The notes under the pieces are model-generated. The model was not told the origin of the DNA, ran no database searches, and saw nothing but the letters and a program-made list of their open reading frames with translations. From an uncultured Chloroflexia bacterium (GTDB lineage: Bacteria; Chloroflexota; Anaerolineae; CG2-30-64-16), in contig CAVZDU010000002.1 of the NCBI GenBank assembly GCA_963774265.1, forward strand, positions 832,001 through 896,000: a stretch of 64,000 nucleotides of DNA, read 5' to 3'. Shown piece by piece: positions 55,057-64,000 of this stretch (within the stretch, counting starts at the first letter, position 1; each line of letters begins with the position of its first letter). The position numbers were made by a program, and so were the translations under genes.

Positions 55057-58000
55057 TTAATTGGGCAACAAGCCCAGCGAGCAGATGATCTGCGGCTCCT
55101 GGGCCTGGCGCTCATCTTCGACCAGGCACAGGCGGTCCTCTTCGCGCAACGCCACGACCAGCTCGGCCAGGTCTTCATCGCTGATGCCGGCGCGCAGCTG
55201 GCGGTTCAGCGTGTCGGTGGCCGCCTGGCGCAGCGGGTAGCGGTAGATGTCGTCAATCGCCTTGAGCAGCTCAGGCGTGTCGAAGAGCGTGCCCTTGATC
55301 CGTTCCGCGTACCCCTTGAGCCGCGTGAAGGTGCGGAAGCGCGCACCGGACGGCCGGCCCAACTGCCCGCCCACCGACCGCTCTTCCGCGACGATCAGCT
55401 CGACGCCGCGCTTCACCAGGTCATGGTGGGCTTCATCGCGCGGCAGGGCCGGCGTGTCGGGCGCACACTCGGCCGCCTGCAGGATGGCGAACTGCGACTC
55501 GGTGACGCTGCCCCCGTTCCGATCCACCCAGACCAGGGCGTCGTTGCCCTCGCCCGTGCGCATGTAGACCAGCACTCCGGCGGGCGCGTTCGGGGCGGCG
55601 ATATGCGGCTCGTGCCGAGTAGACGACCGGCGGCAGCGCCGGGATGACCCGCTGGAGGCTGGGATCGGCCGCGATCGCGTTCTTCCAGATCTGGTAGGCA
55701 TAGGAGGCCAGGTCCACCTCGCCCTCGTCATCGCCGTCCAGGATGCCGGCCTTCTCGTTGTAGAGGTCGACGACGGCCTGATCGTTGCGGTCATCCTCGA
55801 AGAACGCCTCGTCCGTGCCGACGACCTCGGCGTTCTCGGTCAGCCGCTGCCGCACGCGGGCGCGCAGCCGGATGATGCGCTCCACGCCATCGGCCGGCAG
55901 GAACGAGTAGCAGAGGATCGTCTCGGCCCGCTGCCCGATGCGGTCCACGCGGCCGGCGCGCTGGATCAGCCGGATGATCGCCCACGGCAGGTCGTAGTTG
56001 ACCACGATCCAGGCGTCCTGCAGGTTCTGGCCTTCGCTCAGGACATCGGTGGCGACCAGCACCCGCAGCTCGTCGGCGGGCCGCACCTGGTCGCGCTTCT
56101 CGTTGCTCACGGGGCTGAAGCGCCAGGCCGCGCCGGTGGGGTCCGGCGAGTCGCCGGTGACGCCCGCCAGCGCGGTCACGCCCGCGGCCGTGCAGCTGCG
56201 CCTCCAGATAACGCACCGTGTCGGCGAACTGCGTGAAGACCAGGACCTTGTCGTCGGGGTGGTCCACCGTGAGCAGCTTGTGCAGGGCGTTCAGCTTGGC
56301 ATCGCGGGCCGGGTCCCAGTCGCCGCACGCGCACTGCTGCATCACATCCAGCAGGGCTCTGGCGTCGGCCGCCAGGTCTCGCTTCAGGTGTGCGTTGAAC
56401 AGGTCGGGGCGCAGCCACTTGAAGCGGCGCTTGTAGAGGGCTGGCGTACTCGTCGTAGACCTGAGCGGCGCGGCTGCGGAACTCCGCCTCGGTGCGCAGA
56501 CTGCGGCCGTCTCGATGTCGGAGCTGGTGCCTTCTTCCTCGCCCTCGTCGTCGAAGGCATCCATCACGTCGCCGATGTCCTCGTCCTCATCGTGGACGCG
56601 GCTATCCAGCAGCGCCGCGTCCTGCGTGCCGATGGGCAGCGGCAGGCCGTTCTCGATGGCGTGCAGGAAGACGTAGTTGCGCAGGATGTGGCGCTCGACC
56701 GACTGGATGAAGGCCTGCCCGCTGCTCTCCAGCCGCTTGAACAGGTTGGTGCGGCAGAAGCCCATCAGCCGCTTGCCCGCGCGGGACAGGTCGTCCAACT
56801 GCTTGCTTCTCGGCCGGCGTCGGCGGCGTGCTGGGCCGGGTCGCCGACGTAGTTGCCCAGGCCGTAGCGCGGCAGGCGCAGGCCGTTGATCGTGTCCACC
56901 ACGAGCGGGGCATACAGCCGGGCGTACTGGTCGTTCGGATCGTCGTCCGCAATGGCGAACTTGACCGTCTTCGGCTCGCGGTCGGGGAAGTACGACCGCG
57001 TGCCGTCCTCGAACGTCAGGTACTTGCGCCCCGTGTCCGGGTCGGTCTGCGCGTAGTTGTCCTGGATGAAGCTGCGCGTGCGCCGCACCATGTACAGGCG
57101 CATCAGCTCGCGCCAGTCGTCGGGATAGTCGCTCTTCTCGAAGGCGGCCAGCGAGCGGGGCGAACACTGGTGCCGGCGGATGAACTCCGTCTCGCCGATC
57201 TCGCGCAGCAGCCGCTCCGGCCGGATGCCCAGGTTCTTGTCTTCGGGCACGAACAGGCGCAGCTGGCTGGAGAGGTCGAGGTAGGTCTTGTTGTAGGGCG
57301 TGGCCGACAGCAGGATGCAGCTGCTCTCGTTCTTCTGGATGTACTCCTGGATGGCCCGGTAGCGCTTGCCCTCGCGGTTGCGCAGGTTGTGGCTTTCGTC
57401 GATGACCACCAGCCGGTAGCGGCGCAGGTCGGGCAGCTCCTGCAGCACCCGGCTGATCGAGAGCACCCTGGCGCGCAGGCGGTACTGATCGCGATAGTCC
57501 TCCCACATCTTGACCAGGTTCTTCGGGCAGATGATCAGCGTCTCCAGGCCGTAGTCATCCTCGAAGATGCGCGCCAGCGCCGTCGCCATCAGCGTCTTGC
57601 CCAGGCCGACCACGTCGCCGATCAGCACGCCGCCGCGCTTGTTCAGGTGATGCGCCGCGATCTTGACCGCCGCGGTCTGGAACTCGAACAGCCGGTTGCC
57701 GAAGTCGGCTGGGATGCGGAACTCGGACAGCCCGGCGCGCGCTTCCTGCGACAGGTGGTAGGCCATCTTGAGGTAGATGTGGTACGGCGGAATCAGCTCC
57801 TCCCGCGCCCAGCTCTCCTCGATGATCTGCACCAGCTCATCGGAGATGTCCACGCACCAGCGGTCGTTCCAGCGATCCTCGAACCACTGGCGAGCTTGTG
57901 GCCGGCGTCGGGATCGAGCACATCGACGTTCAGTTCGCCCTGCTTGGAGAGGCCGGCCAGGGTCAGGTTGCTGCTGCCGAGGTAGCCGATGATCGGATTG

Positions 58001-58452
58001 ATGGGATCGGGGCGATAGAGCAGGTAGAGCTTGGCGTGGAGGGAGTGGCGCAGGAAGAGCTTGACGACCACCTTCTTGGCTCGGATTTGGGCGGCCAGCC
58101 GGCGCAGACCAGCCTCGTCCTCATTGGTCGGCGCGCCGATGGTCAACTGCTGGCGAAACTCCTCCGCCAGCTTCTTCTTCAGGCGCAGCGCCGTCTGGTT
58201 GTCGATGCCCGGCTCATCGTCTGCCAGGCTCAGCACCGCGCGCAACTCGTCTTGGGGCGCTTGCTGCATGCCGACCAGCAGACGACACGTGTGCCCATCG
58301 CCGCCCGGCCACGGCTCGACCAGCGGCGCTAGCTCTCGCCAGCCTCGCAGATTGAAGTACCCTACGCAGAAGTCGGCCCGGGTCGCGAGTTGGATCGTTT
58401 CCTGAAGAGCCGGTAGAAGATGTTGTTCGATGTTGTCGATAATGCGCGGCAT
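55057..58452 (-). CDS. PLD-nuclease (NgoFVII-like) and SNF2-family helicase fusion (frameshifted)
   Basis: [44 protein letters not shown]. Confidence 0.9.
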
Positions 58453-59132
58453 GCTGCAGGCCTCGAAATACCAAGGTCAAATAAGGCAGAAAGCCGCCCG
58501 CGGTTTGACCCAAGGCGGCCTTCAGAGTAGGATCTTTCTGTCAGGGCACCCCTTGCTCTGGTCGGCCCCGGTGGTGTCGTCTGTTGACGTCCAGACTGCC
58601 GGGGCTTTAGTTTTCTATCGATGTTACGCTCTGGGGACTGAGTATAGCACAGGCGCGCATTGTGCCGCAAGGTGCAAAACTCAACGGAGATGGCAACGAG
58701 GACCAAACCAATGAGGTCTTCATCGATGAAAAACGAGAGGTTGCAGTTACTTTCCTAACAGCAAAGAAATGGAATTCCGCCGCTTCGACTGATTCACCCG
58801 GGACATCTTCACCTATACCGGGTCCGTTCCAGTGGTTTGTACTACTTTTTGTACAAGTTCTGGTCGGGGCTCATGAGCGGTGAATTCGCGTATGATGGCA
58901 TCAGATCGGCGAAACGATACACAGGCCGATCGCAGGAGGAAAAATGCAGTTCAAGTCCCGGTTCGTTCGTGGTCTTCCGCGTCTCGCGCTGTTGGCCGGC
59001 CTTCTCTTGCCGCTCAAGCCGGCGCCCCCGGCACTTCATGGAGGGGCAGCTCGCCCCCGTCTCCGGCGAGTTGATGGCATCGAAGGACTGCACGGCCTAA
59101 CTCACGGCCGTGCAGTCCTGAGCGACACGACC

Positions 59133-59177
59133 CACGTGCGGACGGCCTGCATGACCCGTGCAGGCCGTCCGCACGTG
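59133..59177 (-). terminator. Perfect 19-bp hairpin directly after the serine hydrolase stop
   Basis: CACGTGCGGACGGCCTGCA-7 nt-TGCAGGCCGTCCGCACGTG; no U tract. Confidence 0.55.
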
Positions 59178-62100
59178 TTATGGCACGGATGCCGGCGGTA
59201 AAGCCCGCACATACTCCAGGGCCATGAAGCTGGGCGTTTCCACATCGCCCTCCGCGGTGTTGACAAGCGCCGCCACCAGGACCTTGGTGCCCTGGATGCC
59301 CGCAAAGAAGGCGTGATAGGCTTCAGCGTCACCTCCCATGCCGAAGCTGCCCGGCGGCAGGCTCTCCGATCGTTGCCCCGCCGAGGCCCCAGAGCAGCCC
59401 GCTTCCGGCTTCCTTTGCCAGGGGCGTCGCCATCTCAGCCAGCGTCTCTTTCGATACCAGCACGCCGTCGAAGAGCGCGCCGGCAAAGGTCAACAGGTCC
59501 GAAACGCTGCTCACAACGCCGCCGTTCGCCCAGGCCGTAGAGGTGCTCGGATAATTCGGCACTTCCAGGACGCTGATGTAGCCTTTCGCGGTCTTGAAAT
59601 AGCCCAGCACCAGGGTCTCCCGAATGCCCTTGTCGCTCACGAAGGCAGTGTGCTTGAGATGTAAGGGTTCGATGATGCGCGACCGCACCGCCTGCTCCCA
59701 GCTGTTTCCCGTGATCTCTTCGATGATCATTCCCAACACGAAGTAATTGGTGTCTGCATAGTGGGCGTTTTTTGTGCCGGGTTTATCCACAGGACCCAGC
59801 CGGTTGGCTTCGGCCACCGCGTCCATCGGCGGGAATTCATGAGACCACCTGGGATCGTTCTCCGTTGTGATGAAGTCGGCCAGCCCACTCGTGTGGGAAA
59901 GCAACATGCGTACGGTGATCTTGTCTCCATTGGGCTGGTCCGGGAACCACCTGTCGATCGTGTCATCCAGGGAGAGCTTGCCCTCCTTCACCAGCTGCAT
60001 AATGACCACGGCCGTATAGGTCTTGGTGACACTCGCCAGCATGGAGACCGTATCGGGGGTCCACAGGGTTTTCTTTTCGGGATCGATAGTGCCGGAAACC
60101 CCGCTGACGACCGTGCCATCCGCCAGGCGGACGGCCATGGCCATGCCCAGGATGCCTTGCTTCTGCACCTGGTCGTCGAGGAGCCCTTGCAGGGCTTCAC
60201 CCACATTGCCCTGCGAAGGAGCGGCATTGGACGGCGCCGGCGCCTGAGCGGTCTGTGGTTGAGAACGCGCATACTCCAGAGCCATCAGGCTGGGGCCGAT
60301 GACATCGCCCTCGTCGGTGTTGACGAGCGCCGCCACCACGTACTGGGTGTCCTGGATGCCGGCGAAGAAGGCGTGATAGCCCGGGATGTCACCGCCCATG
60401 CCGAAGGAGCCGGGAATCGTCTCGAGCGATGCGCCGCCCAGGCCCCAGACCAACCCGCTTTCGACTTCCTTTTCCACAGGCGTCGCCATCTCGGCCAGCG
60501 TCTTTTTGGATACGAGCCCGCCGTCGAAGAGCGCGGTGGCAAAGGTCATCAAGTCCGAGAGCGTGCTCACGACCGCGCCGGCCGCCCAGGAAGTCGAGAG
60601 GTGCGGATAGTTCGGGATGTCCAGCGAGCTGATGTAGCCATTCGGCGTCTTGGCGTAGCCCATCACCATGGCGTCCGCCCCGACACCCTTTTCGCTCAGG
60701 AAGGTGGTGTGCTGAAGATGGAGGGGTTCGATGATGCGCGAGCGAACCGCCTGCTCCCAGCTCGTTCCGGTGATCGTTTCGATGATCAATCCGAGCACGA
60801 ATGTAATCCGGTGTTTGAGTAGTGAGCAGACTTGCCCGGCTGGTCGACAGCACCCATGCCGGTTGGCCTCGGCCACCAGGTCGCAGCGGCGCCCACGCGT
60901 GACCCCATTTGGGATCCATGTGGTTGTTGGCGTTGATGTAGTTGGCCAGCCCGCTGGTGTGGGAAAGCAACATGCGCACGGTGATCTTGTCTCCATTGGG
61001 CTGGTCCGGGAACCACTTGTCGATCGTGTCGTCCAGGGACAGCTTCCCCTCCTGAACGAGTTGCATGATGACCACGGCTGTAAACGACTTGGTGACGCTG
61101 CCAACTGCGGTAACCGTGTCGGGGGTCCACTGGTTTTTCTTTTCAGGTTCGAGATAGCCGGAACTCCTCCAGACGACGGTGCCATCTGCCAGCCGGACGG
61201 CCATGGCCATGCCCAGGATGCCTTGCTTCTTCACCTGGTCGTCGAGGAGCCCTTGCAGGGCCGCACCGGCCACGGCCTGTTCAGCAGGTAACGGGTACCG
61301 GCATCGTGTATCCCGGCACCAGCACCTCCAGGACGCGCGGCATGAGCTGGCTAAAGCCGGATGCCGCATCGTTCATGTTCACAGCCCCCGAGATCGTGAT
61401 TTGCTGCTTCGGAAAGTGGAAGACAAAACTCGAATAGCCGCCCTCGGTGTCACCGCTGTGGCCGATCGCCGCCAGATCCGGCCCAAAAGAAGCCTTCTGC
61501 AGGCCAAGTCCGTAATCGGTCAGGATCACGCTCATGGGGTGGTTCGGCGCGAACTTGACCCAATGTGAGCATTTGGTCCAGCGTCCCGGCCTTCTTGAAG
61601 AGCTTGCCGGCCATCAGGGCATCCATGAAGCGGGCCAGGTCCGGGGCATTCGTGATCAGCGACTGCCCGCCGGCCGCGCCCACGACCGACGCGGTGACCA
61701 GCTCGGTGGCGTCGAAGGGTCCGTTGCCGAAGTCGGCGTAGCCGTGCACGTGATCGCCTGGGACGGTGCGATTCCTCGGGCGCGGGCAGGAAGGTGTCCT
61801 TCAGTCCGAGAGGCTCGAAGATGCGCCGGCGCAGCTCCTCGCGCCACGTCCGGCCGGTGGCCTTGTCGATGATCATGCCCAGCAAGAGATAGTCCGTGTT
61901 TGAGTAGTACTGCGCCGCGCCGGGCGCGAACATCGGCTTCTGGGCCGCGGCGAAGTCGAGGAGCTCCTCGACCTGTCCACACCTTTGTCAGGATGGGCGA
62001 TGAGCTGGGGTCCCGCCGTCGTCCATGAAGTCGGCCAGCCCGCTGGTGTGGTTTAGCAACATGCGGACGGTTATCCGGTCGGCATACGGGAACTTGCCGG

Positions 62101-63199
62101 TGACCTCGGCGGGCAGCAGCGCGGTGATCGGGTCATCCAGGCCGAAGCGCCCCTCCTCGACCAACTGCAGCACCACGGCCGAGATGAAGGGCTTGGTCAG
62201 GCTGCCCGCGCGGAACCGGTCGTTCGGCCGCATGGGGGTCTTGGTTTCCACGACGCCGAGGCCGGCCGCGCCGCTCCAGTCGCCCAGACCGGGCGCGCGC
62301 ACGTACAGGAGCGCGCCGGGCCACTTGGTGTCGGGGCTGGCCACTGCGGCCTCAAGGGCCGCCTGCAGCTTCTTCCCGAGCTCCTGGTTCAAGAGCTTTG
62401 GAGCGGCAACTGCTGAGGCGGGTTGGTCCTGCCCCTGCTGGGGCTGCGGCGCTGTCGTCGCGGCTGCCCCAGCTTCTTCCAGAGTTATCATGCCGACACC
62501 GACCTTAAGGTCGACCTGCAACGTCACCTTAGACGAGCCATAGGCAGCGTTGGTATACGCGCCTCCATCGTTCGTCAGCCCTGCGGCCCGAACCGTATGC
62601 GGTCCGTCCTCGACCTTGATCCGGGCGCCAACGTCCCTGGGCAGCCGCAACGTGATGTCAGCTGCGCCGGCATCGACGGTAGCGTCCAGGTTACGCGCCC
62701 AGTCGCCGCTCAGGTCGATGGTGTATTGGCCCGCGCCCAGGTTGACGTCGAGCCCGGTCAACGACAGGCCGGTCAGTTGCAGATCGCTGACCCCAGCGCC
62801 CACATCCACACTCAGATCCATGGGCACTCCGTCGTAGAGGCGCAGGTTCCACTCGTTGCGGAAGTTCGTCACGCTTCGCACGTTTGGGAAGCCGCTCGTC
62901 TCGGGCTGCCGAACGACGAGCGTGCCATTCGTGTACTGCACCTCTGGCTTGAGTTTGGCGACGTTGTAGGCGAAGTCGGCCTCCAGCAGCTTTTCCGCGC
63001 CACCTTTCACCTTCAGCTCGCCAGCGCCCATGTCGAGCTCGACACGCACCGATTTGGCGTCTCCCAGCTCGACCGAGCGGGACTCGGTCTGCAACGCGCC
63101 CACGATGACCTCGGGAGCGCAGCCCGCGAGCAGCAGCCCGCCAAGAAGCACGAGGGCGAGCGAAGCAGCCTTCCACAACCCGACGTTTCGCTTGTTCAT
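59178..63199 (-). CDS. Lipoprotein with N-terminal toast-rack (DUF2154-like) domain and three tandem beta-lactamase-like serine hydrolase domains (frameshifted)
   Basis: Lipobox LAGC; SxxK three times (SLTK, SVTK, SVTK); LL.HTSGL three times; YSN/YSN/YAD. Confidence 0.8.
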
Positions 63200-63264
63200 T
63201 TCCAACTCCTCCGGTCGTATTAGCCGACCAATTCTGCCGGTCACCAACCCCGGGCTGACAGCAC

Positions 63265-63513
63265 TCACGTGGATTGGATGATCTGAAATTGCTGGATCGT
63301 TATGCCCAGCCCGTGCAGCCTGCGCACCAGCCCGACGATGCCCGCTTGATCGGTGTTCACATCGAGCACGGTGACTTCGTCCAACTGTCTGGCCTCATCG
63401 ACGATGATCTCCGCCGAACCGCCGAAGCCTTGCAGCCACTCCACGTCGACTCGGCCACGGATCTCAATCCGGTAATGTGTCGTTGGATCGAAGATGGGTT
63501 TTGCTTCATTCAT
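63265..63513 (-). CDS. Small ACT-like hypothetical protein, divergent copy 3
   Basis: YRIEIRGRV..W...DQAGIVGLVRRLHGLG aligns with YQIRLKGHL..DQAALHGLLKKVRDLG. Confidence 0.75.
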   Translation of the reverse strand: MNEAKPIFDPTTHYRIEIRGRVDVEWLQGFGGSAEIIVDEARQLDEVTVLDVNTDQAGIVGLVRRLHGLGITIQQFQIIQST

Positions 63514-63562
63514 GGCTTGCCGCGTTCCTCCCATCCCCTCATCTGGTTTCACTTTCGATAGC

Positions 63563-63631
63563 AGTCTATCGGAGCAGACAAAAAAAGGAACCACATAACC
63601 ATGTGGTTCCTCGAGAGATAAATATGTGGTT
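63563..63631 (-). promoter_or_regulatory. Putative operator/promoter, AACCACAT type
   Basis: On the minus strand: AACCACAT twice, inverted ATGTGGTT (palindrome 63587-63610), then TAGACT. Confidence 0.7.
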
Positions 63632-63644
63632 TTTTCCGTCGCCG

Positions 63645-64000
63645 TCAGATAAAATTCATCTCGCGGGCTGTCTCGATCGCCTGCGCCCGCTTGTTGACCT
63701 GCAGCTTACTGTAGATGTTCTTGACGTGAAACTGGACCGTGTTCAGGCTGAGGAAGAGCTGCTGGCCGATCGCTTCATACGTCAGCCCCCTGGCCAGGCA
63801 ACGCAGTACTTCGAGCTCGCGCTCGCTCAACAGCGTCTCGTGCCTGCCTCCGGTTTCGGGTCGCACCGGTTCGCAGGTCATCGCTTCCGTGAGACGGTCG
63901 GCATATGCCATAAGGGTTTCGTGTGCCAGCCGGGGCCTGAGCTCGGCCAGCAGGGCTTTTAGGAGGTCGCATTCATCCACAAAGATGCGGAAAAGCCCCG
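63645..64000 (-). CDS. C-terminal end of MalT-like LuxR regulator, copy 5 (partial)
   Basis: FRIFVDE.., LSERELEVL, HTH LSLNTVQFHVKNIYSKL. Confidence 0.85.
   Translation of the reverse strand, partial: GLFRIFVDECDLLKALLAELRPRLAHETLMAYADRLTEAMTCEPVRPETGGRHETLLSERELEVLRCLARGLTYEAIGQQLFLSLNTVQFHVKNIYSKLQVNKRAQAIETAREMNFI

Noticed and set aside
48160-58452. Naming the island DISARM or BREX
   Set aside because: No drmA/drmB (DUF1998), pglZ or brxC seen.
58540-58620. c-di-GMP (GEMM) riboswitch or C4 RNA
   Set aside because: Only partial resemblance (AAAGCC..CGGGG); the diagnostic GNRA/receptor stem was not found, so it is kept as an unnamed structured leader.
5828-63199. Many frameshifts as mass pseudogenisation or programmed frameshifting
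   Set aside because: Single-base indels with well-conserved protein on both sides, patchy along the window; best explained by long-read error, though reads are needed to confirm.

Overview
High-GC bacterial window. The gene content (EAD1-FGE protein, GT-C membrane protein, leaderless regulators) suggests Chloroflexota/Anaerolineae, by inference only. Scattered single-base indels in GC-rich genes look like long-read errors. The dominant structure is a repeated module found five times: a leaderless MalT-like STAND-TPR-LuxR regulator, then an operator-like repeat with a -10 box just after its stop codon, then interchangeable cargo. The cargo includes a small ACT-like protein, DUF4386, MDR oxidoreductases, hydrolases, DUF4395, DUF6326, an ICMT-family protein, an ABC exporter and a triple serine hydrolase. 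The operator core changes in step with the LuxR recognition helix. The window also holds an IS with an 8-bp target duplication, three IS630 elements (one nested), and a low-GC block with attC-like hairpins that all read ATT instead of GTT. A defence island (PLD-SNF2 helicase, Eco57I-like methyltransferase, DUF262 nuclease, HEPN/DprA) carries copies of the methyltransferase 3' tail in front of its downstream genes. No rRNA, tRNA or CRISPR array was seen.
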